Assembly: GCA_963707215.1 (NCBI GenBank)
Contig: CAVPPB010000001.1
Location: 704,001 to 768,000 of the forward strand
Source of the DNA: an uncultured Chloroflexia bacterium
GTDB taxonomy: Bacteria > Chloroflexota > Limnocylindria > Limnocylindrales > CSP1-4
DNA: 64,000 nucleotides
Direction: 5' to 3'
Below are positions 47,945 to 57,392 of the stretch, in pieces. How positions within the stretch are numbered: the stretch's first letter is position 1; every line of letters starts with the position of its first letter. The notes beneath the pieces are model-generated. The model saw only the letters and a list, made by a program, of their open reading frames with translations, was not told where the DNA came from and searched no databases. The position numbers were made by a program, and so were the translations under genes.

Positions 47945-48802
47945 TCATGCTCCCTTCCCCGGCTCCGCCAGCAACGGCGCCACTGCCTCGCGCATGACGC
48001 CCTCCATGCCACCGATCCCGGTCCAGCGCCGGAAGGCGATCGCCGCCTGGGCGATGAGCATCTCCGAGCCGTTGGCCGCCCGCAGCCCGCGGGCCCGGGC
48101 GGAGGCCAGCAGCGGCGTCTCCGGCGGGACGTAGACCAGGTCGAAGACCGTCGTCCGGGCCGGGAGCAGCTCCACGTCGATCGTCGCGCCGGGATCGACC
48201 ATGCCGACGGTCGTCGCGTTGACCGCCAGGTCCGCCGAGCGGAGCGCCTCGGCGAAGGCAGGGGCGTCGAGGGCGACGGCGGCGGTCGTGCCGGTCCCGA
48301 TCCCGGCGAAGCGGTCGGCCAGGGCCTCGGCCGCCGGCGCGGTCCGGTTGCCGATCGTGACCCGGCGAGCGCCGGCTGCCAGGCAGGCGAAGACGACGGC
48401 ATGGGCGGCCCCACCGGCCCCGGCCACGACGACGTCGGCGCCCTCGAGAGCACGGCCCATCGCGAGCTCGACCCCGGCCCGGAACCCGGGGGCGTCACTG
48501 TTGAAGCCGACCAGGCGGCCGTGGTCGGTCCGGACGACGTTGTTGACCGCCCCGATCGTCGCCGCCTCCGGCTCCACCTCGTCGACGAGATCGGCGACGA
48601 CGCGCTTGTACGGCGCCGTCACCCCGAGCCCCAGCCAGTCGGGCCCTCGCGCCGCGGCGACCGCGGCCTCGACTTCGGCGGGATCGAGCTCCATGAGCAC
48701 GTAGCGGGCATCGATGCCGGCCGCGTCGAAGGCGGCGTCGTGCATGACCTGCGAATGCCGGCGGCGGAGCGGCTTGCCCAGGAGCGCGACGCGGCGGGTC
48801 AC
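47945..48802 (-). CDS. Shikimate/quinate dehydrogenase family (AroE-like, diverged)
   Basis: VTAPYK, GAVNN, GFNSD, AGAGGAA, NAT, DLVY, NGSEMLIAQA; GTGA coupling. Confidence 0.82.
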   Translation of the reverse strand: MTRRVALLGKPLRRRHSQVMHDAAFDAAGIDARYVLMELDPAEVEAAVAAARGPDWLGLGVTAPYKRVVADLVDEVEPEAATIGAVNNVVRTDHGRLVGFNSDAPGFRAGVELAMGRALEGADVVVAGAGGAAHAVVFACLAAGARRVTIGNRTAPAAEALADRFAGIGTGTTAAVALDAPAFAEALRSADLAVNATTVGMVDPGATIDVELLPARTTVFDLVYVPPETPLLASARARGLRAANGSEMLIAQAAIAFRRWTGIGGMEGVMREAVAPLLAEPGKGA

Positions 48803-49854
48803 CGGGCGGTCGACGCCCATGGAGTCGGCGGCCGGCGGACCGGCCCGGCCGTCACAGGGAACCGCACGTTCGGGATGATCCGCTCGACCCAGTCGTCGAG
48901 CTGGCGCGGGTCGGGGGTCATCGTGTGGAGCATGAAGTACTCGACCCCGGCGTCGACCCGGCGCTGGAGCGACTCGATGATCTCGTCGGGCGTCCCGAAG
49001 AGGTAGACCGACTCGAGGTACTGGGGGCCGCGCTCGCCGCTCATGACCTCGAGGAACGCGCGATGCTGCTCCTCGCGGGCCTTGGCCGGGTCGTCGGTGA
49101 GCACGAGGTGGAGGAAGTTCTCGTGGGCGACGAGGACGTCGCGCGGGTCGCGCCCACCCTCGCGGAAGAACGCCTGCAGCTCGGTCCAGTCGCGGGCGAT
49201 GTCCGGCGGCGGGCAGGTGGGCCGGGGGATCCAGCCGTCGGCCCGGAACGTGCGCGCCTTCACGCTCTCCACGAACTTCGGCACGTCGGGCGACTTCGGG
49301 TCGGCCAGCTGCGAGCCGCCGCCGACCCAGAACAGCGGCCGCTGGGCCGTCCGGGGCTCGATGAAGACGTCGTCGACCGAGTAGAAGCGCCCGTGGTAGG
49401 TGACGGTCTCGCCCTCGAGAAGCGGCATCATGATGTCGAGCATCTCGTCGGTCCGCTTGCCGCGCTCCGACTTGTGGACGCCGACCGCCTCGTACTCGGC
49501 GTCGTTCCAGCCCACCCCGGCCCCCAGGACGACCCGGTCGTTCGAGAGGAACTGCAGGGTCGCGAGCTCCTTGGCCAGGACCACCGGGTTGCGCAGCGGC
49601 ATGATGAGGATCGAGGTGCCCAGGCGGACCCGCTCGGTCGCCCCGGCCGCCACGGCCAGGGCCATCAGCGGCTCCAGCCAGTTGACCGAGTAGAAGCGAC
49701 GGGCCGCCAGGAGGTGGTCGGTGATGAAGAGCGAGTCGAAGCCGAGCTCCTCGACCCGCCGAGCGAACGCCTTGATCCCGTTGGCGCGCTCGGGCCCGTC
49801 GCCCTCCCAGATGTACGAGGGCAGGAAGACCCCGAACCGTCCGACGTCGCTCAT
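48799..49854 (-). CDS. LLM-class flavin-dependent oxidoreductase
   Basis: FDSLFITDH, RNPVVLAKELATL, LGAGVGW. Confidence 0.88.
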   Translation of the reverse strand: MSDVGRFGVFLPSYIWEGDGPERANGIKAFARRVEELGFDSLFITDHLLAARRFYSVNWLEPLMALAVAAGATERVRLGTSILIMPLRNPVVLAKELATLQFLSNDRVVLGAGVGWNDAEYEAVGVHKSERGKRTDEMLDIMMPLLEGETVTYHGRFYSVDDVFIEPRTAQRPLFWVGGGSQLADPKSPDVPKFVESVKARTFRADGWIPRPTCPPPDIARDWTELQAFFREGGRDPRDVLVAHENFLHLVLTDDPAKAREEQHRAFLEVMSGERGPQYLESVYLFGTPDEIIESLQRRVDAGVEYFMLHTMTPDPRQLDDWVERIIPNVRFPVTAGPVRRPPTPWASTAR

Positions 49855-49936
49855 GGGGCAGTCTCCTCCGTGGGGGTGCGGGCGGGCGGACGCTCGCCGG
49901 CCGCCGTGGGTCGGGCATGTGTGGGGTTCGACGCTG

Positions 49937-50716
49937 TCATCGCCCCTCGTACTCCGGGTCGCGCTTCTCGAGGAAGGACCGGGCCCCCTCCAGCAGGTCG
50001 TCGGTCGCGAAGATGCGGACCGACGCCTCGAGCTCCTCGGCCAGGCCGGTGCCGAGGTCCGTCTCGGTCGCCAGCGCCAGCAGGCGCTTGGCCTCGCGGA
50101 CGGCCAGCGGGCCACGCTCGGCGATCCCGCTGCCGACCCCGCGCGCCCGCTCGATCGCCATGCCGGCGGGGACGACCTCGTGGACCAGCCCGATCGCGAG
50201 GGCCTCGTCGGCGGTCAGCACGCGGCCGGTCAGGATGAGCTCGCGGGCCCGGGCCGATCCCACGACCCGTGGCAACCGCTGGGTCCCGCCGGCACCGGGG
50301 ATGACCGCCAGCCGCACCTCCGGCAGCCCGAGCCGGGCCCGCTCCGAGGCGACCCGGATGTCGCAGGCCAGGGCCAGCTCGAGCCCGCCGCCCAGGGCGT
50401 TGCCCTCGATGGCGGCGATCGTCGGCATCGGCAGGTCGGCCAGGCGCGTCGAGACGCGCGCCTCGAAGGCGAGGCGGTCCCGCCCGCCAGGGCCGCGAGT
50501 CGCCTCGAACTCGCCGACGTGCGAGCCGGCCGAGAAGGCCCGCTCCCCGCTGCCGGACACGACGACCGCCCGGACGTCGCCGGGAGCCGCCGCCTCCAGG
50601 GTCGCCAGGGCGGCGTCGAGCTCGACGAGGAGCTCGGGCGTGACGAGGTTGAGCGGCGGGTTCACGAGCTCCAGATGGGCGACCCGCCCGAGCTCCAGCG
50701 CCACGAGGCCGCTCAC
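49937..50716 (-). CDS. Enoyl-CoA hydratase/isomerase
   Basis: FSAGS, GGGLELALACD, LPEVRLAVIPGAGGTQRL. Confidence 0.9.
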   Translation of the reverse strand: MSGLVALELGRVAHLELVNPPLNLVTPELLVELDAALATLEAAAPGDVRAVVVSGSGERAFSAGSHVGEFEATRGPGGRDRLAFEARVSTRLADLPMPTIAAIEGNALGGGLELALACDIRVASERARLGLPEVRLAVIPGAGGTQRLPRVVGSARARELILTGRVLTADEALAIGLVHEVVPAGMAIERARGVGSGIAERGPLAVREAKRLLALATETDLGTGLAEELEASVRIFATDDLLEGARSFLEKRDPEYEGR

Positions 50717-52329
50717 GAGGCGCTCCCTGGCCCGGCCGACCCGCCCGCCTCGTCGGCGATCCCGTGCGCCGCGGCGCGCCTCGCGAAGTCCTTCGCCAGG
50801 CCCATCGGACCAGCGGCGTAGAGGCGGCGGTCCATCTCCTTGAGGTCGTCGGCGACCCGTGGCCTGAAGCCCATCTGCCCCAGGACGTCCTGCTCCACGT
50901 CGATCCCCGGCGCGACCTCGATGAGGATGAGGCCGTCGTCGGCGAGCCCGAAGACCGCCCGGTCGGTGATATAGCGGACCTGCTGGCCGCGCTCCCGGGC
51001 GAGGTGGCCGTTGAACGAGATCTCCCGCACCTGGGGCACGAACTTGTGGAGGCTGCCCTCCTGGACGATCCGGACGCCGCCGTCGACCTCGAGCCGCAGG
51101 CCCTGGGCGGTCAGCGTGCCGACGAAGTTGATGCGCGGGGTCCGGGCGCTGATGTTCGGGAAGCCGCCCGGGCCGCGGACCCGACCCTCGAAGGCGTGGA
51201 CGTTGACGTTGCCGTGGGCGTCCACCTCGGCGAACGAGAGGCTGGCGATGTCGAGCCCGCCGCCATCGTAGAAGTCGAACATGTAGGGCTGGTCGATCAT
51301 CGCCTGGTAGTTGAAGCCGGCCCCACCCTCGTTGCCGGCGACCGGGACGCCACCGAAGATGCCCTGCTCGACGGTCAGGACGAGCTGGTCGGTGATGCCC
51401 TCCTCCCAGGCGACCCGGCCGATCAGCTGGCTGATCCCGAAGCCCAGGTTGCAGATGGCCCCGGGCGGGAACTCGAGGAGCGAGCGGCGGGCGATGAGCT
51501 TGCGGACGTCGAGGGGCAGGGGCGGCTCGTCGGTGACCGGCTTGCGGAGCCTGCCCGCGTAGTACGGCGAATCCTGGGTGATGTACGTCTGCCACTGGTC
51601 GGGATCGACGTAGACAGCGTCGACCAGGGCGGCCGGGACCCTGACGTCGCGGGCCGGCAGGCTGCCCCGGCGGGCCAGCTGGCGGACCTGGGCGATGACG
51701 AGGCCACCGCTGTTCCGGGCCGCCATGGCCATCGCGAGCATCTCGCCCTGGACCGCCTCGCCCTCCATCGTGATGTTGCCGTCCTCGTCGGCGGTCGTGC
51801 CGCGGATGACGGCGACGTCGATCGGGAAGGCATGGAAGAGGAGCCACTCCTCGCCGCGCAGGCTGACGACCTCGACGAGTTCCTCGGTCGTGATCGCGTT
51901 CTGCTTGCCGCCGGTCTGGCGCGGGTCGACGTAGGTGCCCAACCCGACGTGGGTGACCAGGCCGGGACGGCCGGCGGCGATCTCGCGGACGAGCTGGCTC
52001 AGGACGCCCTGAGGGAACGAGTAGGCCTCCAGCTCGTTCGCCTCGACGAGCGCTCCCAGGCGCGGCTCGTTGCCGATGTTGCTGCCGATCGTCCGGCGCT
52101 GGAGGCCGGGAAGGCCCAGCTGGGAGAAGCCCCGGTCGGCGAAGTCGCCGATGCCGACGATCCGCACCGTCGTCAGGTCTCGCGGTCGGCCCTCCGCCGC
52201 GTAGACCGCGGCCAGCTCGTCGATGAAGCGCTGGGGCAGAGCATGGCCGGCGCCGGAGCCGCCGATGAGGACCGTGGCCCCGTCGCGGACCAGGCCGACG
52301 GCCTCGCGGACGCTGACGACCTTGGTCAC
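50713..52329 (-). CDS. Acyl-CoA:acetate/3-oxoacid CoA-transferase (single-chain, YdiF-like)
   Basis: PQGV, VGLGTYVDPR, NLGFGI, TVEQG, FYDGGGLD, GPGGFPNIS, ITDRAVF. Confidence 0.88.
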   Translation of the reverse strand: MTKVVSVREAVGLVRDGATVLIGGSGAGHALPQRFIDELAAVYAAEGRPRDLTTVRIVGIGDFADRGFSQLGLPGLQRRTIGSNIGNEPRLGALVEANELEAYSFPQGVLSQLVREIAAGRPGLVTHVGLGTYVDPRQTGGKQNAITTEELVEVVSLRGEEWLLFHAFPIDVAVIRGTTADEDGNITMEGEAVQGEMLAMAMAARNSGGLVIAQVRQLARRGSLPARDVRVPAALVDAVYVDPDQWQTYITQDSPYYAGRLRKPVTDEPPLPLDVRKLIARRSLLEFPPGAICNLGFGISQLIGRVAWEEGITDQLVLTVEQGIFGGVPVAGNEGGAGFNYQAMIDQPYMFDFYDGGGLDIASLSFAEVDAHGNVNVHAFEGRVRGPGGFPNISARTPRINFVGTLTAQGLRLEVDGGVRIVQEGSLHKFVPQVREISFNGHLARERGQQVRYITDRAVFGLADDGLILIEVAPGIDVEQDVLGQMGFRPRVADDLKEMDRRLYAAGPMGLAKDFARRAAAHGIADEAGGSAGPGSAS

Positions 52330-53120
52330 GGCATGTACCCCCCGGCGTTCGGATTGAGGGTCTGGCCGAGGAACAGCGACGCCCGGTCGGTCAGCAGGAA
52401 GACGACCGCGTCGGCGACCTCGTCGGCCCGACCGTAACGGCCCAGGGGCATGTCCCGCAGCCGCCGCCGGCCCTCCTCGCTCTCGACGAGCTCGGTCGTC
52501 ATCTCGGTGACCGTCATGCCCGGCGCGACGGCATTGAGCCGGATGCCCTGTGGCCCGAACTCGCGGGCCAGGGCCCGGGTCAGGCCGATGAGGCCGGCCT
52601 TGGCCGCACTGTAGGCGGCGGTCTCTGCGATGCCCATCTGGCCCAACCGCGAGGCGACGTTGACGATCGCCCCGCCGCCCTGCTGGAGCATCGGCGGGAT
52701 GGCCGCCCGGCAGGTGTGGAAGGCGGCCGTCAGGTCGGTCCGGAGGACCTCGTCCCAGTCGGCCGGGTCGATGTCGAGGAACGGTCCGACCTGGGTCCGG
52801 CCGGCGTTGTTCACGAGGCCGTCGATCCGCCCGAAGCGCTCGACGACCCGCCCCACCAGCGCCTCGGCCTGGGACCCGTCGGCGAGGTCGGCCTGGAACG
52901 CCTCCCCCTCGGAGCCGGCCTCGCGCACGCGCGCGAGCGTCCGCTGGGCCCCCTCGGCCGAGGTCCGGTAGTGGACCGCGACCGCGGCCCCCTCGGCCGC
53001 CGCCTTGGCTGCGACCTCCGCCCCGATCCCCCGGCCGCTTCCGGTGACGAGGACGACCCGGCCGGCCAGCTCGCGGCCGGCCACGGTCCGCTCGCGACCC
53101 GTGGCGGGAGTGGCGCCCAT
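52326..53120 (-). CDS. SDR family oxidoreductase
   Basis: TGSGRGIG, NNAG, YSAAK. Confidence 0.92.
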   Translation of the reverse strand: MGATPATGRERTVAGRELAGRVVLVTGSGRGIGAEVAAKAAAEGAAVAVHYRTSAEGAQRTLARVREAGSEGEAFQADLADGSQAEALVGRVVERFGRIDGLVNNAGRTQVGPFLDIDPADWDEVLRTDLTAAFHTCRAAIPPMLQQGGGAIVNVASRLGQMGIAETAAYSAAKAGLIGLTRALAREFGPQGIRLNAVAPGMTVTEMTTELVESEEGRRRLRDMPLGRYGRADEVADAVVFLLTDRASLFLGQTLNPNAGGYMP

Positions 53121-54055
53121 CAGGACCGGCCCGCCGTGGCCGGCGCCAGACCGGCGGCATCCAGGGCGGCCCGGATCGCCGCCGTCTCGTCCTCGGAGAT
53201 GGGCAGCAGCGGCGGTCGCATGACCGTGCTCTCGATGACCCCGAGCTCCCGGAGGGCGACCTTGGTCCGGGCCCGGTAGTCGCGGACCGGTGGCCCGTAG
53301 ACGACCTCCTCGAGCGGAAGGATCCGCTCCCAGATCGCCCGCGCCTCGTCCCAGCGACCCTCGCGAGTGAGCCGGACCATCTCGACCTGGAGGTCGGTGG
53401 CGAGCGTCCCGAAGCCGATGAGGGCCCCCTCGGCGCCCATGACGAACGACTCGTAGATGAAGTTGTCGTCGCCGGTCAGAAGGGCGATCGGCCGCTCCAG
53501 GCGCTCGATCATCCGCCGGGTCCGCAGGTAGAGCAGGGCGTCGAAGCTCGCCTCCTTGAGGGCGACGACGCTGTCGATGGCGGCGATCCGCCGGAGCGTC
53601 TCCTCGTTGAAGATGACCCCGCCCAGGGCCGGCTGGAGCTGGAAGGCGATGAGCGGCAGCCCGCAGCCCCGGGCGACCGCCTCGTGGTAGGCGACCGGGA
53701 TGGCCGGGTCGAGCGGGGTGCCCTGGTAGGCCGGGATCGGGAAGACGAGGAGCGCCCGAGCGCCGGCCCCCTCGGCCCGCTTGGCCTCCTCGACCGCCTG
53801 CTCGGTGAACTGGGCGGACAGCCCGGCGACGACCGGGACCTCGCCGGCCTCCTCGACGGCGACCCGGAGGACCCGCTCGCGCTCCTCGGGCCAGAGGTGG
53901 GGGCCCTCGCCGGTGTCGGCGTTGATGGCCAGCGCCACCGGCCCCTGGGGCAGCAGCCATCGGAGGTAGCGCCGGTAGGCGGCCTCGTCGAAGCGGGCGT
54001 CGGCGTCGAGGGTGACGATGCAGGCCGGGATGATGCCGTTGAGGTCGAGGCTCAT
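53120..54055 (-). CDS. Dihydrodipicolinate synthase/NAL family aldolase or dehydratase
   Basis: GIIPA, NADTGEG, ALKEAS Schiff-base Lys, LTGDD, MRPPL. Confidence 0.85.
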   Translation of the reverse strand: MSLDLNGIIPACIVTLDADARFDEAAYRRYLRWLLPQGPVALAINADTGEGPHLWPEERERVLRVAVEEAGEVPVVAGLSAQFTEQAVEEAKRAEGAGARALLVFPIPAYQGTPLDPAIPVAYHEAVARGCGLPLIAFQLQPALGGVIFNEETLRRIAAIDSVVALKEASFDALLYLRTRRMIERLERPIALLTGDDNFIYESFVMGAEGALIGFGTLATDLQVEMVRLTREGRWDEARAIWERILPLEEVVYGPPVRDYRARTKVALRELGVIESTVMRPPLLPISEDETAAIRAALDAAGLAPATAGRS

Positions 54056-55233
54056 GAGGTCCCCTTCAGGCTAGTGAGGTTCGGGTCGGCGATCGAGGGG
54101 GCGCGCTGCGCGGCCGGGCCGCGGTCCGGCCCGTCCGCCGTTGCGCTGACGGGCATCGCAAGCGAAGGAGCGGCGGCATCCTGACCCGCCGGTGATCGGC
54201 GGAGCTCCACTGGTACGGCCGGCGGCGGCGCCGTCGAGTCGCGAAGGACGACCTCGGTCGGCATGACCTCGTGGACGGCCCGTTCTCCGGCCAGCTGGCG
54301 CTCGAGGCAGGCGAAGCCGCGGCGGCCAAGCTCGCGGAGCGGCAGCCGGACGGAAGACAGGCTCGGGGCGGTCAGCGCTGCCATCGCGATGTCGTCGAAG
54401 CCGGCGACCGAGACGTCGCCCGGGACGTCGATGCCGAGCTCGGCCAGTCGTCCGAGTGCGCCGAGGGCGAGCAGGTCGTTGGCGCAGGCGATGGCCGTGA
54501 ACGGCGCCTCCCCGGCCAGCAGCCTGTCGACCCCGCGGGCGCCGGCCTCGCGGTCGAAGCCCGCACCGACGACCAGCCGCTCGTCGAACTCGAGTCCGGC
54601 ATCGGCCAGGCCTTGCCGGTAGCCGGCCAGCCGGGCCCGGGCCACGAACAGCCGTTCCGGGCCGGCGAGGAAGGCGAGCCGTCGATGGCCCAGGCCGACC
54701 AGGGCGGCGACCATCGCCGCGATCCCGGCGGTGTTGTCGACGCTGATCTCCGGCTCGCCGACGGCCGGCGGCGAGAGCCGGACGACCGCCGCCCCGTAGG
54801 CAAGCATCCCCTCGAGGTGCCTGCCCAGCTCGAGGTTGGCCGCCGGGTCGTCCAGGCCGCTGCCGGCGAAGATCACCCCGGCCGCCCGCATCGAGCGGAG
54901 CAGCCGGACGTAGGAGCTCTCCCGCTGGCCGTCGCGGTCCGAGCTGCAGGTGATGACCAGGTAGCCACCGGGTGTCGCGGCGTCCTCGACGCCCCGGACG
55001 ACCTCGGCGAAGTACGGGTCGGTGATGTCGTGGACGATCACCCCGACGACCGGGATCCGGCTGGCCAGCAGCCCCCGGGCGAGCGCGTTGGGGACGTAGT
55101 CCAGCGCGGCGGCCGCCTCGAGGACCCGCTCCCGGGTGGCCGGGCTGACCGGGTAGTCGGTCTCGGACACGACGCGCGAGGCCGTCGCGGTCGAGACCCC
55201 GGCCAGGCGGGCGACCTCGGTGATCGATGCCAT
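54052..55233 (-). CDS. LacI family transcriptional regulator
   Basis: SITEVARLAGVSTATASRV, YVPNALARGL, ANDLLA, SVAGFDD. Confidence 0.92.
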   Translation of the reverse strand: MASITEVARLAGVSTATASRVVSETDYPVSPATRERVLEAAAALDYVPNALARGLLASRIPVVGVIVHDITDPYFAEVVRGVEDAATPGGYLVITCSSDRDGQRESSYVRLLRSMRAAGVIFAGSGLDDPAANLELGRHLEGMLAYGAAVVRLSPPAVGEPEISVDNTAGIAAMVAALVGLGHRRLAFLAGPERLFVARARLAGYRQGLADAGLEFDERLVVGAGFDREAGARGVDRLLAGEAPFTAIACANDLLALGALGRLAELGIDVPGDVSVAGFDDIAMAALTAPSLSSVRLPLRELGRRGFACLERQLAGERAVHEVMPTEVVLRDSTAPPPAVPVELRRSPAGQDAAAPSLAMPVSATADGPDRGPAAQRAPSIADPNLTSLKGTS

Positions 55234-55243
55234 GTCGGTCGGC

Positions 55244-56710
55244 TCAGTACGGGAACGGGAACGACTTGGGGTCGTCGCGGACCGTGACCCATTGCCACTC
55301 GGTGAACTCGTCGAGGTTCGCGGCCCCGCCGAAGCGGCCGCCGTTGCCGGACGCGCCCATCCCGCCGAAGGGGATGACCGCCTCGTCGTTCACCGTCTGG
55401 TCGTTGACGTGGACCATGCCCGAGCGGATCCGCTGGGCGAGGGCGAGGCCGCGCGAGACCGACCGCGAGTAGACCGCCCCGCTGAGCCCGTACTCACTGT
55501 CGTTGGCCAGCGCCAGGGCCTCCTCGTCGGTGTCGAAGACGACGACCGGCGCGACCGGCCCGAACGTCTCGTCGGTCCAGGCCGGCAGGTCGGTCGTGAC
55601 GTCGGCCAGGACCGTGGGCCGGTAGAAGAGCCCCTCGTGGGTCCCGCCGATGACGAGGCGCGCGCCGCCCTCGACGGAGCGCTGGACGATGCCGTCGACC
55701 CGGGCCAGCTGCTTCTCGTTGACGATGGGGCCCAGGTCCACCTCCTCGCGGAACGGGTCGCCGAGCCGGAGGCGGGCCGCCTTCTCGGTCAGCAGCTCGA
55801 CGTAGCGGTCGGCGACGCTCCGGTGGACGACGTGGCGGCCGGTCGCGAAGCAGACCTGGCCCTGGAACTGGAACGAGGCGTAGGCCCCGGCCGAGGCAGC
55901 CGCCTCGAGGTCGGCGTCGTCGAGGACGACCAGGGCGTTGTTGCCGCCGAGCTCCAGCGAGACCTTCTTGAGGAGCCGCCCGGACAGCTCGCCGACGCGG
56001 CGCCCGGCCTCCGTGGAGCCGGTGAACGAGACCCGGGTCACGTTGGGGTCGGTGACGATCGCCTCGCCGACGTCGGCCCCGCCCAGGACGACCTGGAGGA
56101 GCCCGTCGGGCAGGCCCGCCTCCCTGAAGACCGCCGCGAACATCGCCCCGCCGCAGACCGGGGTCTGGGGGTCGGGCTTGAGGACGACCGCGTTGCCCAG
56201 GGCCAGAGCCGGCGCGACGACCCGCATCCCCAGGACGCTGGGGGAGTTCCAGGGGGTGATCGCCCCGATGACCCCGGCCGGGATCCGGCGGACCATCGAC
56301 AGCCGCCCCGGCGAGACCGTCGGCACGAGCGAGCCGTACGGCTGGGACGGCATCGTGGAGGCGTTGTGGATCTCGGCGATCGTGAAGTTCTGCTCGTGGT
56401 GCATCTTGTTGTAGACGGCACCGGTCTCCCGCTGCGTCCACGAGCCGAACTCGTCGCGATGGGCCTCGTAGATGTCGGCCGCCCGGCGGAGGATCCGGGC
56501 CCGCTCCGTGTAGGGGGTCTCGGCCCAGGCCGGCTGGGCGGCGGCGGCGGCCGCGGCGGCCCGGGCGACGTCCTCGACCGTCGACTGTGGCAGGGCCAGG
56601 AGGGGCAGGCCGGAGGCCGGCTCGCGGGTCTCCCGCGGCTCGCCCGTGCCCGGGCGCCACTCGGCGAGGAACGGGTCCAGCCAGCTGGTGGCCGGAGCGG
56701 TGGTGGTCAT
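55244..56710 (-). CDS. Aldehyde dehydrogenase (benzaldehyde dehydrogenase-like)
   Basis: ITPWN, LKPDPQTP, FTGST, LELGGN, QGQVC, ETFGP. Confidence 0.9.
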   Translation of the reverse strand: MTTTAPATSWLDPFLAEWRPGTGEPRETREPASGLPLLALPQSTVEDVARAAAAAAAAQPAWAETPYTERARILRRAADIYEAHRDEFGSWTQRETGAVYNKMHHEQNFTIAEIHNASTMPSQPYGSLVPTVSPGRLSMVRRIPAGVIGAITPWNSPSVLGMRVVAPALALGNAVVLKPDPQTPVCGGAMFAAVFREAGLPDGLLQVVLGGADVGEAIVTDPNVTRVSFTGSTEAGRRVGELSGRLLKKVSLELGGNNALVVLDDADLEAAASAGAYASFQFQGQVCFATGRHVVHRSVADRYVELLTEKAARLRLGDPFREEVDLGPIVNEKQLARVDGIVQRSVEGGARLVIGGTHEGLFYRPTVLADVTTDLPAWTDETFGPVAPVVVFDTDEEALALANDSEYGLSGAVYSRSVSRGLALAQRIRSGMVHVNDQTVNDEAVIPFGGMGASGNGGRFGGAANLDEFTEWQWVTVRDDPKSFPFPY

Positions 56711-56774
56711 GGCATCTCCCGTGGTGCGTGGCGGCGATCCGGCGGCCGTCGGCCGGCAGCCCGACGCCGGGTCG

Positions 56775-57392
56775 TCAGCTCGTCTCGTCCCCGTGCCAGC
56801 TCGGCCGGGGGGCGTACCGGGCCGGGTCGGCAGGCCTGCCCGTCTCGGGGTCCCTCCAGACCGGGCCGCGGGCGAGGACCGGCTCGATGAGCCCCTCCTC
56901 GATGAAGTCCGGGACCTGCCAGGAGTAGATCGTCTTCGCCTCCTGGCCCGGGTAGCCGAGCCGTTCCCGGACGTCCTTGTCGGTGTAATAGCCGAAGACG
57001 ACGGTCGAGACGAGGGCGGAGTGGAGGTCCGGCTCGTCGCGCTCGAGCGCCGCCAGGCGCGCGGCCGGGTCGTCGCCGAGTCCCGGTCGGAGGGCCGCCC
57101 CGAGCGGCTCGATGAGGTCGGGCCGGGACTCCAGGACGAAGCGGATCCGGGCGGCGCCCACGACCTCCCCGGCCGACGGCATCCCGTGGGCCGCCGGGAC
57201 CAGGTGGCCGGCGACCGCGGTGAAGGCAGCCAGCTGGGCCTCGTCGAAGGCCAGCAGCGGGTCGGGTGCCGCGGGCGGCATCGCCGCGCCCGCGACGGTG
57301 GCGGTCCTGGCGGCCTGGACCTGGCTCGTGGCGGCCGCCTCGCTGACGGTGGTCGGATCGATCGGGGTCGTCGTCGGCTCGTCGGGGGTCAT
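56775..57392 (-). CDS. Gluconate 2-dehydrogenase subunit 3-like protein
   Basis: LVPAAHGMPSA, GYY..VRERLGYPG; ATGA-coupled to the GMC gene. Confidence 0.75.
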   Translation of the reverse strand: MTPDEPTTTPIDPTTVSEAAATSQVQAARTATVAGAAMPPAAPDPLLAFDEAQLAAFTAVAGHLVPAAHGMPSAGEVVGAARIRFVLESRPDLIEPLGAALRPGLGDDPAARLAALERDEPDLHSALVSTVVFGYYTDKDVRERLGYPGQEAKTIYSWQVPDFIEEGLIEPVLARGPVWRDPETGRPADPARYAPRPSWHGDETS